64,000 nucleotides of DNA. Source: Rebecca billardiae RCC1528 (lineage: Eukaryota; Protista; Haptophyta). Where the stretch lies: contig OZ251239.1 of the NCBI GenBank assembly GCA_965240325.2, forward strand, positions 744,001 to 808,000, read 5' to 3'. Under the pieces are notes generated by a model. That model was not told the DNA's origin. It ran no database searches and saw only the letters and a program-made list of their open reading frames with translations. This document shows, one piece after another, positions 9,928 to 20,648 of this stretch; position 1 is the first letter of the stretch; every line of letters begins with the position of its first letter. Made by a program: the position numbers and the translations under genes.

Positions 9928-12738
9928 TCAGATCGTCAGGTGCTCGCGCAGCACGGCGTGCGCCAGCGCGAGGTTGCCGCTCTGCCGGTAGATCAGCGCC
10001 AGGTTGTACGCCGCCTCGCGCCGCAGCTCGCCCGGGCTCGCGAGCGCGCGCTCGTAGCACACGCGCGCAAAGTCGAACGCGCCGAGCTGGTGCATCGCGC
10101 GCCCGAGGTTGTAGTTCGCCTCCTGGTTGTACTCGCGCTGGTCGGCGTACTCGGAGAGCCATGAGAAGGCGTGCGCGGCCATCACGTGCGCGTCGACCGT
10201 CACGCGGCTCACCACCTGCAGCAGGAAGCACACGCCGAGGCAGAGGCACACGAGAGGCTCCGCGCGCGCGCCGCCGGGCGCGCGCGGCGCGGGCGAGGGC
10301 AGCGCCGCGCCCGCCGCCGCGCCGTCCGCGCCGCGGCTGGGCGGCGCGGTGGTGTACGAGCCCAGCGGCAGCAGCCGCGCGTACTCGCCCAGCGCGAGCT
10401 CGAACGAGCGCGCGAGCATGCAGTTGTGCCCGGTCGCCATGATCACGGGCCTGCACTCCTGGTGCTTCGCCAGCAGCCGCACCTGAGGGCGCGTGGGCGC
10501 GCGAAGGAGGGCGGCGCGCGTGAGACACCGGCATACCCACCCACACACACACACACACGCACACACACATGGATACACCCGACGGCACACCGTGCGCGCA
10601 CGCGAACACACGCACACAGACACGGTTGCACGCACACCACAGCGCCGCGCACGCGAACACACGCACACAGACACGGTTGCACGCACACCACAGCGCCGCG
10701 CACGCGAACACACGCACACAGACACGGTTGCACGCACACCACAGCGCCGCGCACGCGAACACACGCACACAGACACGGTTGCACGCACACCACAGCGCCG
10801 CGCACGCGAACACACGCACACAGACACGGTTGCACGCACACCACAGCGCCGCGCACGCGAACACACGCACACAGACACGGTTGCACGCACACCACAGCGC
10901 CGCGCACGCGAACACACGCACACAGACACGGTTGCACGCACACCACAGCGCCGCGCGCGCGAACACACGCACACAGACACGGTTGCACGCACACCACAGC
11001 GCCGCGCACGCGAACACACGCACACAGACACGGTTGCACGCACACCACAGCGCCGCGCACGCGAACACACGCACACAGACACGGTTGCACGCACACCACA
11101 GCGCCGCGCACGCGAACACACGCACACAGACACGGTTGCACGCACACCACAGCGCCGCGCACGCGAACACACGCACACAGACACGGTTGCACGCACACCA
11201 CACCGTGCGCGCACGCGAACACACGCACACAGACACGGTTGCACGCACACCACAGCGCCGCGCACGCGAACACACGCACACAGACACGGTTGCACGCACA
11301 CCACAGCGCCGCGCACGCGAACACACGCACACAGACACGGTTGCACGCACACCACAGCGCCGCGCGCGCGAACACACGCACACAGACACGGTTGCACGCA
11401 CACCACAGCGCCGCGCACGCGAACACACGCACACAGACACGGTTGCACGCACACCACAGCGCCGCGCGCGCGAACACACGCACACAGACACGGTTGCACG
11501 CACACCACAGCGCCGCGCACGCGAACACACGCACACAGACACGGTTGCACGCACACCACAGCGCCGCGCACGCGAACACACGCACACAGACACGGTTGCA
11601 CGCACACCACACCGTGCGCGCACGCGAACACACGCACACAGACACGGTTGCACGCACACCACAGCGCCGCGCACGCGAACACACGCACACAGACACGGTT
11701 GCACGCACACCACAGCGCCGCGCGCGCGCGCGCCACGCCTCACCAGCCACTTGATGTCGATCAGCGTCGTGAGCTCGGCGGTGCGCGCGTGCGATTCGCT
11801 CGCGTACAGCACGCGCCAAAGGTGGGCCTCCGCCGGCGCGGCCGCGAGCAGCGCGCGCAGCTCGCTCGCCAGCGCCGCCCACTGGTGGTTCTCGATTGCG
11901 CTCCGCACGACCAACAGCCTGAAAGTGAGCGCCGAGTCTGAACCGCTTCGGTCGAGGAGGTTCCCCTCCGGCAGCGGGGGTGGTCGGGCGAGCGCGGCGC
12001 GCGCCACCGAGCCCTCGTCGGCGGCGGACGGCGTCGCCGCGCCGAGCTGCGCCATCGCCGCCGCGTCCGCGCGCGCCCCCTGCCGCGCGGTGCCGCGCAT
12101 CGAGCGCATTGCGCGGTGCAGTAACAACACGTGCACCGGCGAGCTGCTCGCGCCGGCCTTGCAGAAGGCTGCGCAGAGGGCGATGATGAGCTGGCCGTAG
12201 CCGTCGAGGCCAAGCACGTCTTGGAGGGGCGGCGGCGGCGCGGAGGCGGTCGGCGCGGCGCTCGGAGCCGCCGGCGGCGCGGACGACGCCGCGCCCGCGC
12301 CGCCGCTTCCGCCGCCATGGGCGCCACAGTTGGCCTCTGTCGCCGCGGCCGCGGGCTGCGCTGTCAGCGGCTGCGGCGGCTGCTCAGGGCGCGCGCCGGC
12401 CGCGGGCGGCTGCGCGCCGGCCGCGCCGGTGCGGCGGCGGCGTGCAGCTCGTGCGCCCTCCTCTTCCTCCTCCTCGTCCTCCTCGTCCTCCTCCTCCTCC
12501 TCCTCCTCCTCGCCATCGTCGTCGTCGTCGAGGTCTGTGCCTGAGCCGGCGCCGCCGCCGCCCGGAGCGTCCGCGCCCGCGTCCGCGTCTGCGTCCGCGT
12601 CCGCGCCGCCGCCGCCACCGCGGTGCGGTGCGCGGCGCTTGCGCTTGCTCCCCACGCCCGCGGGCCCGTCGCCGCCGCCCGGCAGCGGCGCGTCCGCCGC
12701 CGGCGCGCCCGCCACCGGCTGGCCCTGCCCCTCCTCCT

Positions 12739-12772
<34 letters not shown>

Positions 12773-14834
12773 TGCCGCCTGCGCGCGGCGCGTGCGAGGC
12801 GGTCTGTCGTGTGCTTGGAGCAGGGCAAGGCCGCGCGCCAGCGCGTCGGCGTGCCTGTTGACGGCGCTGAGGCAGACGACGAGGAGGGCGGTGACGCGCG
12901 GCGTGGCGGGTACGGGCCGCACCGCGCCGCCCGCCGCGGCACCGCCGGCACGATCCCCGCCCGCCGCGCCACAACCGCCCGCCGCCCCGAGGGCACCACC
13001 GCTTCCGCCGCCGCCGCCGCCCGCACCGCCGCCGCCCGCCGCGGCGAGCGGCGGGACGGGCGGCGGCGCGTCGAGCTGCTGCTCGAGCACGTCGATGGCG
13101 AGGTCGACACGTCCGAGGCTCTGCATCGCCTCCGCAACGCCGACCGCGGCCTCGTCGGCGCACGCCCACGCGCGCGCCGTGAGCGCCGCGTGCTCCGCCT
13201 CGGCCGCCGAGGGCGCGGGCGGCGCGGGCGGCGCGGGCGGCGCGGGCGGCGCGGACGGCGCGGGCGGCGCGCCGGCCGCACCACCACCCGAGTCGACTCG
13301 CGCCGCGCCGTGCTGCGCCTCGTCTGCGCCCGGCAGCGCGGCGGAGGGCGGCGGTGGCGGCGGCTCGGCCGCGCGCGGCCGTGCCGCGCGCAGCTGCCCC
13401 GCCGCCTCGCGCGCCACGGCGCACGCCCGCCGCAGTGCCTCCGTCGACTCCTCGGGACGCTCGGCCGCGCGCAGGCAGAGGCCGAGCGAGAGCTCGCGTT
13501 CCGCCAGGCGCACGCGCGCGGCGGCGGCGTCCGCGGCGGCGGCGCGCGCGCACGCCTCCCGCGCCTGCGCGACCAGCCACTGCCACAGCGGCGCCGCGTC
13601 CTCCGCCGCGCCGAGCTCGTCGAGCGAGATTGCAATCTCGGCGAGCAGGCTCACCTTGCGCGGGTGCTGCTGTGACGGCTGCGCGTGCGGCTGTAACGGC
13701 TGCTGTAACGGCTGCTGTAACGGCTGGGCGGTTGGCGCGGCGGCGGCGGCGGCGGCGGCGCGCAGCGCGGGCTGGACGAGGGGCGCCCACAGCGCGTCCG
13801 CCGCGCCGCGCTCGCCCAGCCGCGCGCGGCACACGCCCTCGCGCACACTCACTTCGATCGGGAGCTCGGCCGCGCGCCTCGCGCCGAGCCCGTCGCGGAC
13901 GGCCTCCACCCAGCGGAGAGCGTCGCGCTCGCGGCGCGCGCCGACGAGCAGCTCGAGGAGGAGGTCGAGGTTCTCGAGGTCGATGCGCGCGCCCTGCGCC
14001 TCCGTGCCCTCGCCCGCCGCGCCGCCCGCCGCCTGCCCGAGCGGCGCGCCGAGCATGGCCGCGCCCGCGCCGCCGCGTAGACACCTCTCCAGCTGCGCCT
14101 CGAGCGCGCTCGCCGCGCGCTCGTCCTGGCCGAGCTCGCGGTGGAGGCGCGCGAGGTCGCGGCAGGCGTGCGCGTCATCGGGCTTGATGCGCAGCAGCGC
14201 CTGGTACCCGCGCACCGCCGCGTCCGAGCGCCCCAGCTCGCGCAGCAGCTTGGCGCGCTCGCGCAGCGCTCGCTCGTCGTCCGGCGTGACTAGGAGCACT
14301 CGGCGCAGGCAGTACGCCGCGCGCCGCGTGTCGCCGAGGCCGACGGCCATCTCGGCGATCTGGCGCCACAGGTTGGCGTCCTTCGGGCTCAGGTACGCCG
14401 CGATGAGGAACGACTGCATCGCCTTGTGCCGCTCGCCCAGCTCGTCATAGATCAGGCCGAGCGTCTGGTAAGGCGATGGGTGCGAGGGGCACTGGCGGAT
14501 GGCCTCGAGGAGCAGCTCAGAGGCCTCGGCGAGCTCGCGGAAGGCGAACTTGTGGTTCGCCTCGCCGATCATCTTTTGCACCTCCGGCGTCAGCTTGCCG
14601 CTGCCCGCGCCCTGCCCGCCGCGGCGCGAGCGGCGGCTCACCTTGCGCCGCGTGAGCCCGAGGATCTGCGGCCGGGCGGCGCGGCGCGGCGCGGGGCGTC
14701 AGGCGCGCGGCGCGGGCGGGATGGACGACAGCGATGCCGCACGCGGGGTGGCGCGCGACGGCCGAGCGGGGTCGTGCCCACCGGCGGCGCGCGCGCACCT
14801 CGTCGATGTCGCCCCATCGCTGTCGCTGCGCCAT
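9928..14834 (-). CDS. GTF3C3: General transcription factor IIIC subunit 3 (Tfc4/tau131), TPR protein; exons 14834-14799, 14665-11744, 10482-9928
   Basis: N-terminal MIGEAN...EAIRQ...PYQTLGLIYDE...FLIAAYLSPKD...W TPR array, and C-terminal QEANYNLGRAMHQLG...YERAL...LRREAAYNLALIYRQSGNLALA. GT-AG introns 14798-14666 and 11743-10483 join the frames. Confidence 0.9.
10599..11722. repeat. Minisatellite, 22 copies of a 51-bp unit (two 52-bp variants), intronic
   Basis: Unit CACGCGAACACACGCACACAGACACGGTTGCACGCACACCACAGCGCCGCG, head-to-tail with no spacers. Variants ending ACACCGTGCGCG start at 11160 and 11569. Confidence 0.97.
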
Positions 14835-14924
14835 GCTTTCGAGTTTCGACTCGGACGGACCTTTGTCCGGTGTTGGCTCGGGGCTCCGGCGCTCCGCCGT
14901 ACAGTCGTGGTAGATTCCTTCGAC

Positions 14925-15197
14925 ATGGCGGCCGCTGAGACACCGCGCGAGAAATGGGCGCGCATCACGACGGAGATGGACCGCGACATGCGCTCCGAAG
15001 GAGAGCAGCGAGCGCGATCAGGCCCCAACTGGAAAATGTTCACCCCCATCCTCTGGGCGCCCGTGTTTCCCTCGATTCGCATCGCGCTACGCAACCGGCC
15101 CGTCGCGCGCACGCGCGCATTCGTCGCAGCGGTCGCGCTCGCAAATGTGCACGGCTTCTGGCTGGTGATGGACCCAGGGGGTGAGCTCTTCGAGTGA
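14925..15197 (+). CDS. Small (90 aa) membrane protein of unknown function
   Basis: PILWAPVFPSIRIALRNRP...AFVAAVALANVHGFWLV resembles, from memory, a small uncharacterised plant/algal family. It lies head-to-head with the TFIIIC gene. Confidence 0.65.
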   Translation: MAAAETPREKWARITTEMDRDMRSEGEQRARSGPNWKMFTPILWAPVFPSIRIALRNRPVARTRAFVAAVALANVHGFWLVMDPGGELFE

Positions 15198-16035
15198 AAA
15201 CGGCGTTGGCTACGCCACTCCACGCGGCATGGCCCTCGCGCACGCGCGCAGCGCCTCATGAGGCGCAAGACGGGCAGCGAATCCGATGCGCACCGACCAT
15301 GGCCGCGCCGACCACAGCTGGCGATGGTCCCACCTGACGCCGACAGGGCTCGAGGCCACACTCTACAGACGCCGCGATGGTCGCGGCGGTGCTACGTGCT
15401 GCGACACCGTCGGCCGCGTGGCGCAGACACGGCGCGGAGCCCGCGAGGTCACCGTCCCTCGGCGCACGGAGTCACGGACCGGGCGCCCGGTCGTGCACAG
15501 TGCGAGCTGGCAACGATCCCGTCGCAGCGCCCGGCGTGCAGGACGGCCTTGACAGACCGTGCTTCTGACGCGTTGGCGCCCGCGACATGGGACCATCCGC
15601 CATGCGCCACCGCTCGCATGGTCGCCGAGCGCGCAGCCGTGATCACATGGGCAACTCCGCGTGCCCATCTCGTCCTTTTTAATCTTTTTTTTGCCTTTTC
15701 CTCGCGGAGCACCGAATAAAATGACGAACCTCAGACTTGCACCCACCAGCACGGCGGTTTGATCGAGAGCTATGACATCTCCCATCTCATGATTCAGCTT
15801 TGCGCCCGAACATGCGGTGTGATTGGTCGATAGGCACGCGAGAGGTCAGAGGCGAGCTACTTTACCCCTCGCTCTATGCGGAACTTCCTTGCCCGTCGTA
15901 TGGCGGCCCTTGGTCGTATGACGTTATTGGGCGAGTTGGTCCACGCCCGCCACTGCGGCGGTCGCTCTTTCGGCGGGTCCGTGCAACAGCACACAGCCAC
16001 CCGACACCAAGCGTCGCCACGCGCGCGGCGCTACA

Positions 16036-18376
16036 ATGTCCGAGCCGATGCCCGAGCCGGTGTACAACGGGGGCCCATGGGGCCCCGCGATGGACGTGAT
16101 CCTCTCCCTCTTCCCCATCGCCATCCTCCTCTACACCACGCTCAAGTCCAACCCACTGCCGACCACGCAGTCGCTCCCGCTCGCCGCGCTGCTGATCTGG
16201 TTTGTGCGTATCGCGTACCTGCAGTCGGATCCGCTCGAGACGTGCGCGCTCGCGATCCTGGGGTTCTTCTCGGCGATCACGCCGATCACCATCGTCGCCG
16301 GCGCCATCTACCTCTTCGAGGCCATGGAGTCCACGCGCTGCCTCGACTGGATGCGCGCGCGCATGAAGGAGTTGTCGTCCGGCCACCCGGTCGCCGAGGT
16401 GATGCTGATCGGCTGGGCGTTCGCGTACATGATCGAGGGCGCGTCGGGGTTCGGCACGCCCGCCGCGCTCGCCTCGCCCATGCTGATGGGCATGGGCCAC
16501 CCCAAGCTCGAGACCGTCGTCTGCCTGCTGCTGATGAACACGTTTGCAACGGTGTTCGGCGCGGTCGGCACGCCCATCTGGTTCGGGCTGGGCGGCACGC
16601 TGCGCAAGGACGAGGCGAGGCTGAAGGCGGTGGGCATCCGCGCCGCGCTGGTCACCTGCATCGCCTCCTTCCTCCTCGTGCCCCTCGTCGTCTCCATCCT
16701 CGTGCCGCGCAAGGTCGTGCGCAAGAACCTGATCTTTGTGATGCTGTCGATTGCGTCGATTGCCATCCCGAGCGTCGCCATCGCGAGCTTCTCGTACGAC
16801 TTCCCCTCGCTGGTCGGCGGCTCGCTCGGGCTGGTCATCACCGCGGGGCTCATCAAGTACAAGGTCGGGCTGCGCCCGGCCGAGATCTCGCCCGACGACG
16901 GCCTCGACCCGGCGGTCGAGCCGCCGGGCGTCACGTCTGTGGAGGAGGAGGAGGACGTTGAGGCGGCGGCGGAGGCCGAGCGCGGCGCGGGCGCGGGCGC
17001 GGGGGCGGGCGCGGCGAACCCGCACCCGTCGATGGAGCAGCTCGACGGCTCGGGCGCCGGCAGCTCCTCGCGGGGCGGCGCCAAGAAGGCCAACGACCTG
17101 GAGCTCGAGAACATGTCAGCGCACGCGCGCGTGAAGCACCCGTCGGCCGCCGCCGTGTCCGAGCTGCCGGCGCGCGCGGACACGGACGCCGAGGATCACG
17201 AGGACGCGAGCCCGCCCGAGCTGGCGTGGCAGACGTCCGCGTCGAAGCGCGCGGGCGCGGGCAACCGCGCGCCCGACGTCAAGTACGTCGACCTCCGCCA
17301 GGCCGAGTCCCAGTCCTCGATGAAGCGCAAGGGCTCGATCACAGACCCGCTCGCCATCGCGGTGAAGGCTGAGAAGTCGGCCGTGCACGCGCTCGGCCGG
17401 ATGATGCCGCTGTGGCTGACGGTGCTGCTGCTGATGCTCACGCGGATCGAGGAGATCGGGATCAAGGGCGTGTTCAAGGACCAGAGCAACCTCTCGATCA
17501 ACTGGGACCTCGGCAACCTCGGCCGCTTCTGGCTCTCGTACTCGGGCGTGGTCGGGCTGTCGCACATCCTGCGCGCCGGCGACCCCAACCCGCCCGAGGG
17601 AGCGTTCGGACACACGGTCAACTGGTCATACGAGATCCTGTACGTGCCGTTCGTGATCCCGTTCGTGATCGCGGGCACGGCCGCGCTGCTGCTCTACCGC
17701 GACCAGCTCAAGACGCCGCCCAAGCAGATCGTGCTCACCGTCGTCGGCCGGATGGTCAAGCCGTCCATCTCGCTGTTTGGCGCGCTCGCGCTCGTGCAGA
17801 TGATGCGCGGCACGCGCGGCGACCTCGGCACGCCCGCGTACCTCGTGGGCGTGATCCTCTCGGACGCGCTCTCGTACGGCTGGCTCGTGCTCGCCGCGCC
17901 GCTCGGCATCCTCGGCTCCTTCTTCTCCGGCTCCACCACCGTCTCCAACCTCACCTTTGGCGACGTGCAGAAGGTGGCCGCGCAGCAGCTCGGCTTGCAC
18001 GTCGAGTCTTTGCTCGCGCTGCAGACGTGTGGCGCGACCATGGGCAACGCGGGTGCGGCGCGGCGGCGGCGGCGCGCGTTGCGCTCGCGCGGCGTGCGCG
18101 GCGCAGCCCGCCGCGCGGCGGCCGCGCGCTCGCCGCGCGCTCCGCACGCGCGCTCACGCCCCGCCCCGCCGCCGCGCGACCCACGGCCCGCCCCGGCCCC
18201 GCCCCCATCCACCCGGAGCAGTCTGCCTCAACAACATCATTGCCGCGTGCGCGGTCGTCGGGCTGAACGTGCCAGAAGGCGAGCTGATGAAGCGCACCGG
18301 CCCGATTGTCGGCCTCTTCTACGTGATCGCCACGCTCGTCCTCATCCCCTTCCTCTTCGGCAGCAGCACTGTGTAG
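16036..18376 (+). CDS. L-lactate/glycolate permease (LctP family); intron 18053-18221
   Basis: LIGWAFAYMIEGASGFGTP, VFGAVGTPIWFG and GSFFSGSTTVSNLTFG motifs; spliced GATMGNAV-CLNNIIA; many TM helices. Confidence 0.9.
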
Positions 18377-19459
18377 ACATCGGGTGTATAGGGGAAGCGC
18401 GCTGCACGCACTGACGTGACGCGTGGGGGGGCTGGCGCGCGGGCTCGGTGATGACGCGCGACTCCGCCTGCACGGCCGCTCAGGCCGCAGGAATCAGGAT
18501 GACGCCTGACGGCAGGACCGTGTTCCGGGCGGCAGCGTCGGCTGTGTCCATCAGGACAATGATATACTGGCATCCACGGCGGTGTCACATATATGTGAGA
18601 ATGCTGCCTAGCTCAGACGACTACGCCACGCGGTACCGCGCGGCCCGCGCCCGGTCGATCCGCAATTATTCCGCGAAGTGATGAGTGATGACGAATTATT
18701 CCGCCTGCCGGCATTCCGCGAGACGACTCGACAGACGACTACGCCCGGTCACTCACTACTCAGTGTCTGCGGGCGTCATTGAAGCTCCGCCAGTCCGGGA
18801 CCGGGCCCGGGGCCCTGTCGTGGGCGTGCGACCCCGGGGCCACCGCGTCAGCAGGCCGACTGCTCCGTCTGCTCGGCCTCGGGGCTCCGGGCCGCCCGTC
18901 GGGCTCGGGCGCCGAGTCGCCGACTCTACTAACGGTTGACGACTGGCGCCCACTGCCCAGTGCAGGCGACTCGACCATCAGCATATCGATATGATGCATT
19001 ATTGCATACTGCTGCGTGATGCTGATCCGACGATCGATGATGACTGATACGAGCTGTCGTGAGTACCACGCCCGCGGGCCCGCTGCACGCTATATTATTC
19101 TTCGGACGATTCGATCTGGCAGGCTAGCCACCGGGCCGCCTGCCAGCGGCGGCCCGCGGCCGCGCCGGCGCGCACGGAGTCGCCTCAGTCGGAGTCCGAC
19201 CTGCTCTGTGCTCAGAGCCCCTCGGAGCCGCCGCACCGGGCCGGCACTCTCGGCGGGCCGCGCACCGGGATCGACCACGCAGTCACGAACACGCGTGATG
19301 ACTCGTCAGCATCTGTCGTCGTCAATTATTGAGTGACGAGTTGATATTTGCGCATGCTGATGATGACGTGATGGACGATGACGAGCAGTCAGTCGTCATC
19401 GCGTACACACGGTCGTCGGCGGCGGCGGCGGCAGCACATCAGCACAGCACTGCGCGCAG

Positions 19460-20371
19460 TCATGCGAACGTGAACTTGCGGTAGTCGGTGAAGCCCTTCG
19501 TGCGCCGCTCCGTCATCTTCTGCTCCTTGGGCCGCACGACCGGCCGCGCGTACTCGGCGACGGGCCGGTCTGGGTCGAGCACGCCGCCGCCCACAATCAC
19601 GACCGCCTTTGTCGGCTCACCGTCCGCGTGGCCCACGCCCTCGATCTCGTCGAGCAGGTCGAAGGAGGCGGGGATGACGCGGCCGAACACCATGCGCTGG
19701 CCGTCGAGGTCCTCCAGCGGCTTGAACGAGATGATGAACTCGTTCGACCGCTCGCTCGCCAGCGCGATCACGCCGCGGCACGTCAGCCTGAGCCCTTCCC
19801 ACAGCGCCTCCGCTGAGCCGTGGAAAGCGGTGCGCGTGCCGGCGCGCTCGTCGGCGACGGCGGTGCCGCCGCGGCAGAGGAAGCCGGGGACGATGTACGA
19901 AAAGCGCGAGTCCAGGTACGAATCCGCGACCACCGACGGCGGCGGCGCCGCGCCTTTCGCACGCGCGGCCGCCGCCTCGGCCGTGTTGCGCACCAGTCGC
20001 ACCATCGCGGCCGTCGTGCGCGGCAGCAGGTCGTCGAAGACCTCAAAGATGAGGCGACCGGTGGTGACGAAGGACTGCATCTTGGCCATCGTCGACGTCT
20101 GCTTGCGTAGCTCGATGTCGAGGTACAGCAGCGTGCCGACCGTCTGCGAGCGCCCCTCCGTGCGCGCGACGAGCTCCTCGAGGTGGGCGAGACGGTCGCC
20201 GTTGTCGCGCTCGACGCGCTCGCGCTCCTCGAGCTCGCGCTGCAGCTTGCGGAACGCCTCGCTCGGCTCCTCGCCCTCCGCGCCCTCCTGCTCGTCGTCC
20301 GCCGCGTTGTCCAGCTGCCACGCGCGCGGTCGCTTGCGCGACGTCGAGAAGGTGTTCGCGCGGCGCTGCAT
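19460..20371 (-). CDS. Cyclophilin-like protein (divergent) with N-terminal coiled coil
   Basis: LYLDI, GRLIFEVFDDLLPRT, YLDSRFSYIVPGFLCRGG, GVIALA and EFIISFKPLEDLDGQRMVFGRVI motifs. First ATG at 20371. Confidence 0.8.
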   Translation of the reverse strand: MQRRANTFSTSRKRPRAWQLDNAADDEQEGAEGEEPSEAFRKLQRELEERERVERDNGDRLAHLEELVARTEGRSQTVGTLLYLDIELRKQTSTMAKMQSFVTTGRLIFEVFDDLLPRTTAAMVRLVRNTAEAAAARAKGAAPPPSVVADSYLDSRFSYIVPGFLCRGGTAVADERAGTRTAFHGSAEALWEGLRLTCRGVIALASERSNEFIISFKPLEDLDGQRMVFGRVIPASFDLLDEIEGVGHADGEPTKAVVIVGGGVLDPDRPVAEYARPVVRPKEQKMTERRTKGFTDYRKFTFA

Positions 20372-20648
20372 CGTGATCGTCGCCGGAGGTGTCACGATGG
20401 TGGGCGGGTCGCGCCAAGCAAGAATGCAATACTACATAAGATGGGGTTCTTTTTAGGCCTTCTTTTTAGGTTTTTATTTCTTCGCCATCAAAAGCTGCTG
20501 CGCTGAAACTTGCATGCCGCCAGCGGGCGCGCCCCGGGCCTGGCGGAGCGCGGAGTGATCACGGTCGACCGGCTGACGCCGACGGCTCGCTTGACCTGCG
20601 GGCGACGCGGGCGGCCCTCGACGCCAGCGTCGCCGCCTCGCCTCCCGG

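Noticed and set aside
10599-11722. CRISPR array or repeat-protein ORFs (HTHTDT.., CACVRV..)
   Set aside because: Units are head-to-tail with no unique spacers and there are no cas genes. The array lies within a GT-AG intron, and the ORFs are artefacts of a stop-free 51-bp unit.
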